DNA of 64,000 nt, taken from assembly GCA_963812605.1 (NCBI GenBank), contig CAWEWF010000014.1:36418-100417 (forward strand), in the 5' to 3' direction. The position numbers and the translations under genes were made by a program. A model generated the notes under the pieces. The model ran no database searches, was not told the origin of the DNA, and saw only the letters and a program-made list of their open reading frames with translations. This DNA comes from an uncultured Verrucomicrobiae bacterium (lineage in GTDB: Bacteria > Verrucomicrobiota > Verrucomicrobiia > Palsa-1439). Numbering within the stretch: the first letter of the stretch is position 1; each line of letters opens with the position of its first letter. Of this stretch, positions 8,101 to 16,833 are shown in pieces.

Positions 8101-11068
8101 ACGTGTTGAACACGCTGGCCTGGCCACTGCGCGGCAGGAATGTTCGCAGCCGCAACATGTGGAAACCGGCATCCAGACCGACCTGCGTGCTGTTCGTGTT
8201 CAGGTCGTTGTGCAACCACACGAGCGCGGTGGCGGGATTGAAATTGGTAATGGCAAATTGTGTAAGGCCGTAGAGCTTGGCTGTGTCCGCGTCCGAAATC
8301 GGCGTGCCGACATTGCCATTGTACATGGCGATCTTGTACGTGACCGTGCCCGAGCCCTGGGCGGGAATTATCCCGTACCACCAATCATAAGTGCCGTCGG
8401 CGCCGCTGCTCGTATGGCTAAATTGCAAGGGTATGATCTGCGTGGTCGTGCCATGCTTGGCAACGCCGAACGATCCCTCGGGCGCGGTGCCGTCGGTTGT
8501 GTAGTAAATGTTGCCCGTGGTGGTGTTGAATTGGTAACCGACCTTTACCCAATTGGTCACCGCCTGTCCGCCGGCAATGGGTGAACGCATGGCGAGGCCC
8601 TGATCCGTCGTATCGAGCGGATTGTGGTACACCCATGCGGCCGTTGAAGTGTTGACATTGACACCGCTGCCAAACGTGACCGTCGCGGAGCCGCCGATGG
8701 TGTAGGTGTATGTCTCCGCGCCCAGCGAAACCACGACGTTGCGGGAGATATTTGTAGCGGCAAATTTTTCGGGACCGTAGCGGAACTGGAACATGGCCTG
8801 TTCGTAGCCGAGGTACAGGTCATTGGTGTAACCGGGACGGTTGTCGCGCAGGTCCAGCATCGTACCCGTGAATTGGTTTAGCGGCCCGAAACCCATCTGG
8901 CTGTTGAGGTCGACGCCGCCATCGAGCTTGACCAACATGTTTTGCGTCGAGGCGTCGGCGCGCAACACCAGGTTTATCGGGCCGGAATTCGTGATGATCG
9001 GCACGTCAATCGCATAGGTGAGGTTGGAAACATTCGTGCCGCCGATGATGTTACCGGTTTGATCGATGCTGCCCCGCATTTGAAAGGGGTAGGACGGATT
9101 CCATCCGGTGTCACCATCGGGTCCGTCGGTGCGTAGCGTGGTCATCCGTGGCGCGTCCTGGCCGCCCTGCTGAATGGTGATCGCGTCCTTGAGTCCGGCC
9201 CGACTGGCCTGGGGACCTTGATACGCGTAAATAACGTACCCACCGCTGGGGACGACCAATTCAACCGCACCGCCATTGGCTGGAATGCTTTGCGAGCCTA
9301 CATAGACAGTGGCGCCGTTGCTGGCCACGGCCACGCTCCGGCTATTGGTCGCCGGCCGAACGGTGATCTGACTGAAGGCGCGATTGGCGCCAGGCCCGGA
9401 AGCCGCCAACTGGTAAAGCACCGAGCCGACCGGGAAATCCACCGCCAATCCCTGGGCATCACCGTTTGCGCCGGGGGGAATTGGGTCGCTGCCCGGCCAG
9501 GAGTCATTGATACCGTCCAAAAACGCTATGTCACCGGGAAAGTTAAGGTCGTCATTCATTACGAACAGCGACACCACCTGCGAAGACTGGCTGCTGCCCT
9601 CGCGGTAATCGTAGCGCTCAAACGCAACGGTATACTGATCGCTCCACCGCGGGATGGTGCCGCCGCGCGCTTCCTGGTTGTGGAGGTAGGCGACCTCGGG
9701 CATTTTATTGTCACCGAATTCGCCCAGGAATGGCGCATACGCAATCGCCGGAAATGCCCCGCCGCATTGCGCGCAATTCGCCGATTCATAGTAGCCATCG
9801 CTGTAGAGCGAGGGCAGGCCCTCACGCATGAAAAAGTAGGCCATGAGCACCGCGCGTTGCGCCGTGAAGACGACACCCGGGTCATGTGTGCCCACAAACA
9901 TCTCGCGGTCAAAGGAGCTGAATCCCCCGGCGTCGCGCCCATCGTAGCCGGACAAGCTGTTGCCGTTCGGGTTGCCCAAAATGTTGTTGATGTTGTTGTG
10001 CAGGTTGATGTCTTCCAATCGCATGCCGCGATTGTAGTAATCATCAAAACTCGGCGGCTCCCCGAGGTGTTCGCCAAAGATGATCGCGTCATTGCGCACC
10101 GCTTCGGTGTCGTACGCGCTGTTGCGATTGTCGTCCGGCTCATTGTAGCCGCTGATCGGGTTGTTGTAGCCGTAGCCGTGGACGTAATCGAACATGGTCT
10201 GGATCGCGCCGTTGTAACCGTTGGGCGTGGAGCTGAGGTAGTCGCCGAAGAAAAAGCTCGGCACATGTTTCACCGCGTCCAGGCGAAATCCATCGCATTT
10301 CGTTTGATCCAGTTCCCACAAGACCGCGCGAATTTCGTAGGATGCGGTGTCTTCCGCCACCGGCACGCCGTTGGTCCCGTTGAACGGGTGCCAGACGGTC
10401 GGGCCGGATTGCCCCTGGATCGGCGCGAGGGTGAAATCGGGGTAATACTCCGGATGGGTGGGTTGACGCACAAATATCAACTTTGGATTGGTGCTGCCGT
10501 CAATCGAACCGAAGTTTGCATTCGGGCTTTCCTGCGACAGATCGATCAAATCCGAGAAGCCATGGTTCTGGATTTGGAAGACGTCATTCCAATCGCTGAT
10601 GTTTGGCCACTTGCGGTAAAAGCCATCGGGCGTGGTCTGCAAGTGGAAGTCCTCGGGCAAGAGGCCGGGATAAATCGTAATCGGTGTGTTCGCATCATAC
10701 CCGGGCACACTGTAGCCACGGTGGTTCATGACATTGTCGAGATACACGCGAATGCCAAAACGGTGCGCGACGCGGACCACGTGGATCAATTCCTCCTTCG
10801 TGCCGTAGCGGGTGGGAATCGTGCCATTCTGGTCCTGGTCGCCGAGGTCAAAGGGATCGAAGATGTCATAACCGGCCGAGAACTGGCTGGTGGCCTTGGT
10901 CGGCGGGGGCAGCCACAAGGCCGTGTATCCCGCCTCCGCAATTTCTGGCATCTTGTCTGCAATCTGGTTCCAGGTGAGATTATACAATTGAAGCATCGCC
11001 TCGGCGTGAACCGGCGCTGAAGACGCCACGCAGAGGAAAAGGATCGCGAGTAAGGTTCGGAGCTTCAT
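4697..11068 (-). CDS. GH13 alpha-amylase family giant secreted protein, N-terminal 2,000-aa segment: signal peptide MKLRTLLAILFLCVASSAPVHA, GH13 core with region II GFRLDAVKHV, beta-sandwich repeats, DxDxDG thrombospondin-type-3-like Ca-binding repeats
   Basis: ORF track plus motif reading. The last ~150 codons (ISNPAASKINTGARTLTRLNLSSRDRH...) are out-of-frame read-through. Confidence 0.85.
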   Translation of the reverse strand: MKLRTLLAILFLCVASSAPVHAEAMLQLYNLTWNQIADKMPEIAEAGYTALWLPPPTKATSQFSAGYDIFDPFDLGDQDQNGTIPTRYGTKEELIHVVRVAHRFGIRVYLDNVMNHRGYSVPGYDANTPITIYPGLLPEDFHLQTTPDGFYRKWPNISDWNDVFQIQNHGFSDLIDLSQESPNANFGSIDGSTNPKLIFVRQPTHPEYYPDFTLAPIQGQSGPTVWHPFNGTNGVPVAEDTASYEIRAVLWELDQTKCDGFRLDAVKHVPSFFFGDYLSSTPNGYNGAIQTMFDYVHGYGYNNPISGYNEPDDNRNSAYDTEAVRNDAIIFGEHLGEPPSFDDYYNRGMRLEDINLHNNINNILGNPNGNSLSGYDGRDAGGFSSFDREMFVGTHDPGVVFTAQRAVLMAYFFMREGLPSLYSDGYYESANCAQCGGAFPAIAYAPFLGEFGDNKMPEVAYLHNQEARGGTIPRWSDQYTVAFERYDYREGSSQSSQVVSLFVMNDDLNFPGDIAFLDGINDSWPGSDPIPPGANGDAQGLAVDFPVGSVLYQLAASGPGANRAFSQITVRPATNSRSVAVASNGATVYVGSQSIPANGGAVELVVPSGGYVIYAYQGPQASRAGLKDAITIQQGGQDAPRMTTLRTDGPDGDTGWNPSYPFQMRGSIDQTGNIIGGTNVSNLTYAIDVPIITNSGPINLVLRADASTQNMLVKLDGGVDLNSQMGFGPLNQFTGTMLDLRDNRPGYTNDLYLGYEQAMFQFRYGPEKFAATNISRNVVVSLGAETYTYTIGGSATVTFGSGVNVNTSTAAWVYHNPLDTTDQGLAMRSPIAGGQAVTNWVKVGYQFNTTTGNIYYTTDGTAPEGSFGVAKHGTTTQIIPLQFSHTSSGADGTYDWWYGIIPAQGSGTVTYKIAMYNGNVGTPISDADTAKLYGLTQFAITNFNPATALVWLHNDLNTNSTQVGLDAGFHMLRLRTFLPRSGQASVFNTFLQSFYYAPQTPSGVIAFPTNDGDTLGSQTYGVVVRAQDTTTEVDYHIDDNSANNDDSATGQLNGNGNGTNGAPSWAVATEVSPLPSIGLQYPNLPHEFRFNYVGIPSSGPATITVRLKDASSTLYTNHYTTLTRQVNCAAPSQVLNIAFPVNNGDTVSLDQNSFYEIVACFSSSLSAVPTNFTIRIDGSVQPRTSPTNTPLYLFQGSFCGNGTRDLRYDWSGMSAGQHLIEFLYDDGAVSLYASRIVNVSLTGVSASILQPPAVDPSKNVPPDTIVFGTCGGGAAPTNDAYTITVQTSTSVTNVLVSFMPTTNGFQGGPAQLSTNVGTALLWNFNWTNMVAGAWLIRADVFGGGSNTTFRSVDVAFRPIVPTNPNSDDSDNDGISDYLETTAQPLPSTNPDTWKNSDVHVYFFSGKTDPNSAHSDGDPNGLPDGLKLGIGPLPAATNTVTGLDPNCGTRNFIASLDPPLYNTLDNSTAPAGYQGYVPWPFNYNNPRTDQIAGTVLNPSTPDTDADGLRDAVEDMNHNGRVDITLTNSTGTPLTSTNGIAGLTYDTVTLSNANGSLVIAGYGTSWQYPNMGGLSIPNGTAITTSIVVIAHPPTIYNTSMIDRTKVLQVWPAAVWLETDPNNPDTDGDGIPDGAENASGTGFLKIGLLNRNIGYNASSCGCPCVSNVTACVTNVLSTPLPPTILYWPLTSRVNRKALIQQYPNAVLLETDPMDAHTDGDPNGLPDGWKTRYGLDPWDDGVIGHTNWHTGALITTNLNGAAGNPRGDGISNITKFLNGLDPTLFYSNGVAVNAGSLIVGSGATIGSTAGNTWFTEFQGWSVNDLKVVRPYDGIGPNVNNHTIYPIYDGFDWSRDLVAFYARDGGNDGNYYFRVDMHDLTFGADQNGRVSLYVAINIGSPGTGETTLPENVGATTDMGWHVLAAIYGQVAGSYAANLYVKLPGSVPVSTRPAAISNPAASKINTGARTLTRLNLSSRDRHCSTQGGRASPRSTSRSTTRPARRRFRIPRESPTRSTTTVSPKAKTTITATRCTIGLHPSTRAPSTSRPIRLRSPSPAGPVSPRLRFCCMGTSRSCRARSFRISCPIPQRAPPAAVPPIRATIRRTTPATTLSAITARLSRPRSLDCR

Positions 11069-11413
11069 CCAGAAATTCCGTCAGGGGGCCGAAAGGTCGC
11101 TCGCGCTGCCCAATTCCTGTTGTTCATTTGCGGAGGTCCCGAAATCATCGCGGCGCGGCGTGAACGAAAACGAACCAGCCGCCTCAGGTCTGAGGTAAGC
11201 TTGCCACGTGCCTCGGAAACCCGTCGTGGGGCGATAAGGTCGCATCTGCTAAATCGCTTTACACCCGGCGCAAACCACCAGCGAACATTGACCGCAGTTT
11301 TTGGAAACGTCACCCTGTTGAAACACCGCTATAAGTAGCAAGTTTTGCCAACGATTTCAAGTTAAAACTGGCCTGGAACTGCGCTTGTCCGTGCTGGCCG
11401 AAAGGCCCTGTTT

Positions 11414-12427
11414 TCAGGGCAAAAGACGTACGCGATAATATCGTTGGGACACATTGGTTGCCGACGCATCCGGGTAGGACAGCCAGATCTGTCCTGCAGC
11501 GGCGGTCACCTGCGCATTGGGCAAATTCGTCCACCCTCCGCCAAACGAATCACACGCCATCACTTGATACGTCTTCCCGGGTACGGAGGCCCAGGTGATG
11601 ACGAATCCGCCAACGTCGGATGGCTGAACGGCTTGAATGACAAAGCCCTTGCTGGGATCGAGCCGGTCGTACACCCCGTCCCCGTCGTTGTCGATGAGCG
11701 CGGGAATCGAGAGGAAAAGGAATTCGTTGCTTTCGATATTGCCATTGGGGGTGACGGCCGGGGGCCCCTGCGCGACCAGCGCGCCGCCGTTGGTCGTCGA
11801 ATACGCCGCGGCGCAAACGTAGATGTTGGATGGCATGGAGCCGAACGCTTGCACGAGATTGATCGTGCCTTCCATCAAGCCCGCATTGGTCGCCGCCTTG
11901 AAAGCCTGGTTCGACGCCGTCGTCTGCTGCCAGCCGACGTACGTATTGATGCTCTCGCCGCCGAGAAAGGGTTTTGTCGAGAGCACTGCATTTTGACCGA
12001 CCTTGTTCCAAGTGGGGAAGGCGGGTTGCATTGTCGGCGAGAGCTGGTCGGTCACGATGATGAAGTGATCGTTGACGCCATTGTTGTTGCTGCCCGGTGA
12101 CCAGGTGGCGACGTAGAGCATGGGCCCGCGCACGGCCGCATAGAGGATCATCGGCGACCCGGGCGGAGTTTGCAGATAATTGGTCGAATCCGCGACCCCA
12201 TCCATGATGAATGGCGGATAACTGCCGGCCGGTGGCAGAGTCTGCGTCGTGCCGCAACCGGGCGCCGATTGCGCCGACGCGCCGATGCCATTGGTTGCGG
12301 AGATCGTGTAGCAGTATTGTGTCCGGCTTGTAACCCGCCATCCGTATAGCCCGCTCCGTTTGCCGTCCCGATGGGCACGCCGCCACGGTAAACGATGTAC
12401 CCCGTCGCGCCACTCGACCCGGCCCAC
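11414..12427 (-). CDS. C-terminal segment of the frameshifted GH57-like/FN3 gene. Second FN3-like region (TQYCYTISATNGIGASAQS), TSP3-like LIDNDGDGVYDRLDP, and the shared C-terminal domain ending QRYYRVRLLP.
   Basis: The first ~25 codons are nonsense, and the real protein starts where the upstream ORF degenerates, so there is one frameshift near 12.3-12.4 kb. Confidence 0.6.
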   Translation of the reverse strand: MGRVEWRDGVHRLPWRRAHRDGKRSGLYGWRVTSRTQYCYTISATNGIGASAQSAPGCGTTQTLPPAGSYPPFIMDGVADSTNYLQTPPGSPMILYAAVRGPMLYVATWSPGSNNNGVNDHFIIVTDQLSPTMQPAFPTWNKVGQNAVLSTKPFLGGESINTYVGWQQTTASNQAFKAATNAGLMEGTINLVQAFGSMPSNIYVCAAAYSTTNGGALVAQGPPAVTPNGNIESNEFLFLSIPALIDNDGDGVYDRLDPSKGFVIQAVQPSDVGGFVITWASVPGKTYQVMACDSFGGGWTNLPNAQVTAAAGQIWLSYPDASATNVSQRYYRVRLLP

Positions 12428-14601
12428 GTCACGTTGATTTGGTTGGTTGCGACGCCGCTAGCGGAGACATTGGTGGGGGGCGATGGCGCGGCGGGCGGAG
12501 CGCCCGCATTGGGCGCGACGTACACGTGCTGGATAGGGGAGTTGTAAGTGTTGCCCCGGCTATCCGTTGCGCTCACGTAATAGTCGACGTATGTGTCCGA
12601 AAGACCTGTGATCTTCGCGTAGTAATAATCGGCCAGGTACTTCGGCGGCAGCAGCGTGTTTTGCGCCGCCACGGAGCGTTGTGTCATCGGTTGGAGAACC
12701 CACGGAGCGGTGTCCGCGCCGCCCGCGTAGGTCTTGAATTCATCCTGGGTGGGTGGCCGATTATTGCCGTTGGCGCGATAGAGCAGCGTTACGTTGGTGA
12801 TGCCCGAGACGTCATACGCGTAGGTCCAGACCCAAAAATCGGTATTACTGGGAACGTAAACACTGGAGGAGTATTCGACGCCAAAATTTGTGGTCCCAGG
12901 ATTCCACGGGTTGCGTTGCGGAAGGAAAACCGTGGGTGGGGTTGCGTCCAGGCTTTCGTTGCCCAAGAGGATGGGATCGACATTGCGCACGGCATTGGAC
13001 TGTGCGATCACCGGCCGCCAGCACTCGTCCGCCGTGCAGCCGAAGTACACAAAACCGCTGTCGAGGCCACCCAAATAATAATGCCAGCCGAGTTCGACCG
13101 CGTTTGCCGTCTGGCTGAAGCTGCCCGGGTCGCGAATCTGGTCAATGCGATTGGTGTACAGGCCACCGGAGAGGGAGTTGGTGATTTGCTGTGCGGTCTT
13201 GACACGATTCTCGGTGGCGATGTACGTGCGCCAGACGTCGCCCTTGTCGGTGACGCCGCGGCTCGGGTCAACAACGTTATGCGGGGTGGTATTGGTGGAA
13301 TAGCTTGGCGGCCAATTCCAGCCCACGAAGGTCGGGGATCCGAAATCGTTGGCGCCCTGGTTATAGACCCAGCCGCCATCTTCCACGTGCACGATGTCGC
13401 TGGTGCTGGGGGGAAAATCTGACAGGAATTGCTCAATCGTGGTGGGATCGAAACCCTGGCCGGACGCGTCATTGGCAAACTGGTCCGCCCAACTCGCCCA
13501 GTAGGAATTCCCGTCCGCCCAGGCGTTGTCGCCATCATGGGCCAGCAGGAGAATCGAAGGTTTGCTCGGGTCGTTGCGCGAGGAGATCGGGTTGATCAGG
13601 CTGCCCGAACCGGTGTCAGTCCACGTCCCGGCGCTGTCGGCCCAACCCAGGACCTGGTCGGCGGGAACAACGATGAGGGTCGATGCGACGCCCGTGGTCG
13701 GGTCGACATAGCGCGCGTAATGGGTCTGGAAGGCAAACGGAGCCACCGCCGTCGGCGAACAACCGAGCGATGTGTAGCCGCGTGTAATGTAATTGCCGGC
13801 GCCCTGGGCCGGATTGATCTGGTCGGCTTTATTGGGCAGGTCGCAGGCTTCGCCGGCCTGGCCGAGTCCCGCCAACACGAAGTCCGAACAGGAACGCGTC
13901 AAATGATTGTTCGCCACAACACTCCAGGCGATTCCCAGTTTGTTCAGGGTGGGGATGATGTGTTCGCTGAAGCACGTCTCCGCCGGGAAATATCCGCGAG
14001 AACCCACGCCCCAAAAAATCTGCTGCTGGCGTTGATGAATCAGGATGTCCATCTCCAACGTTTCATCGCTCACCAGCGGGGCGATGCAATGATGATACGT
14101 GAAGTTGGTCAGGTCCATGCGCGGTTTGCCGCCGGAAGTTGTCCAACCGTGCGCTTGCTGGTTGTAAGTGTACCAGGTCGAGCCATAGTACTGGCCCGCT
14201 TGCGCCAGGCTTTGTACGTTCTCCATCAACGCACCGGAAAAGTTCAGTTGTCCGCCGGCATTGGGGAGACTTAAAATGCCGCCGATCGCGTCGTGGGGAT
14301 AATTCTGGTAGTCCTGAATCCGGTTGGCGTCGCCAAACACGCCGGGCAGGCTGGTGTCACTGGGATGAGTAAACCCGTTGTTGTCGAGTTGCATTGTGTC
14401 CCAGGCATTTTGATAGTGATCGCCGGCATGGTTGGCGGGGGCGCGGTCCGGCCAGTAAATTGGCTGGTGCATATGCCAAAGCCAACTGGTGTGGAGGTTG
14501 GTATTTGCGGAAGTGATCAGGCAGGTGGTTTGCAGGAGAACACCAATCCAAATCAAAGCACGGCCCTTCGAGGTCTTCATCCATCCCGACTTGGGGTTCA
14601 T
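12148..14601 (-). CDS. Secreted glycoside hydrolase, GH57-like (motifs WHMHQPIYW and LLLAHDGDNAW), followed by an FN3-like domain. The 3' end (last ~50 codons) is out-of-frame; the gene continues in 11414-12427.
   Basis: Signal peptide. HQP and HDGD motifs resemble GH57 conserved regions I and IV; family assignment is by memory, not a search. FN3-like segment NVSASGVATNQINVTWAGSSGATGYIVYRGG. Confidence 0.65.
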   Translation of the reverse strand: MNPKSGWMKTSKGRALIWIGVLLQTTCLITSANTNLHTSWLWHMHQPIYWPDRAPANHAGDHYQNAWDTMQLDNNGFTHPSDTSLPGVFGDANRIQDYQNYPHDAIGGILSLPNAGGQLNFSGALMENVQSLAQAGQYYGSTWYTYNQQAHGWTTSGGKPRMDLTNFTYHHCIAPLVSDETLEMDILIHQRQQQIFWGVGSRGYFPAETCFSEHIIPTLNKLGIAWSVVANNHLTRSCSDFVLAGLGQAGEACDLPNKADQINPAQGAGNYITRGYTSLGCSPTAVAPFAFQTHYARYVDPTTGVASTLIVVPADQVLGWADSAGTWTDTGSGSLINPISSRNDPSKPSILLLAHDGDNAWADGNSYWASWADQFANDASGQGFDPTTIEQFLSDFPPSTSDIVHVEDGGWVYNQGANDFGSPTFVGWNWPPSYSTNTTPHNVVDPSRGVTDKGDVWRTYIATENRVKTAQQITNSLSGGLYTNRIDQIRDPGSFSQTANAVELGWHYYLGGLDSGFVYFGCTADECWRPVIAQSNAVRNVDPILLGNESLDATPPTVFLPQRNPWNPGTTNFGVEYSSSVYVPSNTDFWVWTYAYDVSGITNVTLLYRANGNNRPPTQDEFKTYAGGADTAPWVLQPMTQRSVAAQNTLLPPKYLADYYYAKITGLSDTYVDYYVSATDSRGNTYNSPIQHVYVAPNAGAPPAAPSPPTNVSASGVATNQINVTWAGSSGATGYIVYRGGVPIGTANGAGYTDGGLQAGHNTATRSPQPMASARRRNRRPVAARRRLCHRPAVIRHSSWMGSRIRPIICKLRPGRR

Positions 14602-14797
14602 TGGTGGTCCGTAGAACGTTTTACTTCACAAGGAAGTTAACATTTCGTTGAGCATTATTGCAAGCCGATTGTACTGAAGCGCGCGAGAAAAGTTGGAGGG
14701 CGAGCCTCCCATAAACCTCTAGGGGCACAGGCGTCCCTGCCTGTGTCGACGGATTTTAGCAGGCTCAAGAGGCTTGTCCACGATAGCGAGATGAGAT

Positions 14798-16036
14798 CTA
14801 ACGCTGTGATTGTGCAACAGCGGTCAGCAGCGCCGCCACTTTCTCAGCCGCTGGCGAGGATTCGTGAGCAGCCCTGCCGGTCTTTGCAGTCCGCCCCTCT
14901 GCGATCAATTTGTCGAGGGCATTTGCCAGCGCCTTGGAGTCAGCGCAATCTACAACTTCACCCTCAGCGCCGTAATGATGATGCGAGACCACCCGGCATT
15001 CCGCCGCCAACGCCTCCGCAATGGTCAGCCCGTAGCTCTCGTGCTTTGAAGGCGAGACAAAGATGTCCGCGCGTTGCAGCAGCGCCGCTTTCTGCGCGCC
15101 GGTGACATGGCCGGTGAATTCCACGCGCGCGGTCGCAATCCGCGCCGCGAGCCGTCGCAGCTTCTGTTCATAAGCGCGCCCCTTCATATAAGCCGGCCCG
15201 CCACAGATAAACACGCGCACCTTCTTGTCCGTGGTATTCAGATGGGGAAGGGCAGCCAGTAAACGTTCGATCCCTTTCTCCGGTGACAGGCGGCTGAGTG
15301 TGAGGATGACAATCTCGTCTTCGCCGATACTGTAGCGGCGCTCTATGAGCGCCGCCGGATCCTGTGAATTTGAGGAACGGCGGTCATAGACCGCCGCTAC
15401 AGATGCGACCGGCTTCGCGATATTCCCCCACGGCAACACGACAATCTTCTCCGGCGCACACCACGGATAGCACCGCAGGATTACCTCCCGCATTGGCGCC
15501 GAAGGCACGACAATCCGAGCACTGTGACGCACGCATTGATACTGTTTCTCAAACACCAGCTTCAACACATCCGGCATGACGCCAAACCAGCGGAACCGCG
15601 CCGCCGTTTCCGGCCGGATCAACCCGCGCAAATAAAACCGCGTGAAATACTCGACCACATCCACATGGAAAATCGTCACAACCCGATACCCGCGCTCGCC
15701 CAACGCCGCGAAATCCGGCCCCTCGCTGATGTCGTTGCTGAGGACGACGCACTGCTGCGGATCGCGCTTTAAGATTTCACTCGTCGCCGCTCGCTCAAAT
15801 TCCCGGCAGAACCGCGCATATTCCAGTTCCTGCATGTCCGTCAGCCGTTGGTAGGGCAGGCGGCCCGCCTGCCACAGCCCTACCGACTTCGGGCTCAACG
15901 CCGCAAGCGGAAACGGATTCCGCTCGCGCCACTCACGAATCAAATAGTCCACGACCGCTTTCCCTCCACCTAGTGGCTCCGAGTCGGGAAAGTCCGCATG
16001 CGCGGCAGAGTAGAGAACTTCAAGATTCACGGACAA
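14798..16036 (-). CDS. Glycosyltransferase family 4 (GT-B, retaining)
   Basis: C-terminal motif SPSKHESYGLTIAEALAAECRVV matches the GT4 E-x7-E region. 412 aa. Confidence 0.8.
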   Translation of the reverse strand: MSVNLEVLYSAAHADFPDSEPLGGGKAVVDYLIREWRERNPFPLAALSPKSVGLWQAGRLPYQRLTDMQELEYARFCREFERAATSEILKRDPQQCVVLSNDISEGPDFAALGERGYRVVTIFHVDVVEYFTRFYLRGLIRPETAARFRWFGVMPDVLKLVFEKQYQCVRHSARIVVPSAPMREVILRCYPWCAPEKIVVLPWGNIAKPVASVAAVYDRRSSNSQDPAALIERRYSIGEDEIVILTLSRLSPEKGIERLLAALPHLNTTDKKVRVFICGGPAYMKGRAYEQKLRRLAARIATARVEFTGHVTGAQKAALLQRADIFVSPSKHESYGLTIAEALAAECRVVSHHHYGAEGEVVDCADSKALANALDKLIAEGRTAKTGRAAHESSPAAEKVAALLTAVAQSQR

Positions 16037-16187
16037 AGTTGTGCTACGTCATTCCGAGCTTGTCGAGGAATCTCTGCCTTTTTCTCGGAACGACAGAGAC
16101 CCTTCGACAAGCTCAGGGTGACACGGTTGGAGGTTTGACCTTGTTGCAAGCAAGACTGCACGCTACCATACTGTTAGCAGATGGCGC

Positions 16188-16685
16188 ATGCGCGGGATAA
16201 AACACTGCAACATCGTCGATGATCCGGCAGATGCGCTGGTTTATTCCACCAATATTCTGCTGAATTGCACGGGTGGAGTTGGCGCGTCGTTGCTAGAACG
16301 GTATGGGCCAAAGTTTCAGGTCGAACTCCACGAAATTCTCAAAAATCGGGGTTCGCGCTTCGCAGATCAAGGTGAGGTTATCAACCACGTTCCTGTGGGT
16401 CTTCCCTACAGATATCTGCTGCATACCACGCCGTGTGATGCGATGTACGACACAACACCTGAGATTGCAGAAGATGTGTTGTTGCGGGCGCTTGCCATCT
16501 GCGCCGGAGATCCGGCTGTGCGGCGTGTTGCAGTCAGTGCGCTTGCCACCGGTTTCGGGCATCTGGGATTCGATGCCTTCGTTTCGATTGCGGCGCGGGT
16601 CTTTAACGATCTCCGCTTTACGCCGCTAACCGTATCATCCTCTGTATCGACGACGCATTTACCTTTCAGTGCGCGCAAGAAATAA
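16188..16685 (+). CDS. Macro domain (ADP-ribose/O-acetyl-ADP-ribose binding) protein
   Basis: N-terminal IKHCNIVDDPADALVYSTNILLNCTGGVGASLLERYG resembles the macro-domain G-rich loop and N(A)N motif. 165 aa. Confidence 0.5.
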   Translation: MRGIKHCNIVDDPADALVYSTNILLNCTGGVGASLLERYGPKFQVELHEILKNRGSRFADQGEVINHVPVGLPYRYLLHTTPCDAMYDTTPEIAEDVLLRALAICAGDPAVRRVAVSALATGFGHLGFDAFVSIAARVFNDLRFTPLTVSSSVSTTHLPFSARKK

Positions 16686-16833
16686 TACGGGACAAGGATT
16701 TGCCCCTGGGAGTTGAATCAGGAAAAATCATTTCACCGAAGCGTCGGCAAAGTCACACTCCCTGAGACCACTCGAGATTCGATGCAGTGGGTGGTCACCC
16801 AAGATACGAGCACACAGGCATGAGTAATCGGTT

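Larger units (their letters stand above)
2197..11068 (-). pseudogene. Giant (~2,950 aa if repaired) secreted GH13 alpha-amylase-family multidomain protein, interrupted by three +/-1 frameshifts (near 5.2-5.3 kb, ~4.0-4.2 kb, ~3.3 kb)
   Basis: Four overlapping minus-strand ORFs in different frames (4697-11068, 3759-5141, 3173-4192, 2197-3543). Each gives real-looking protein that turns into Arg/Pro/Ser-rich nonsense exactly where the next ORF's real sequence begins. At the 3.3 kb junction the sequence reads VFERI | ADVLIAAFARDPITG. Confidence 0.55.

Noticed and set aside
9218-11020. 600-aa plus-strand ORF
   Set aside because: Antisense to the well-supported GH13 gene. Arg/Ala/Val/Gly-rich composition is typical of high-GC antisense frames. 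No motifs.
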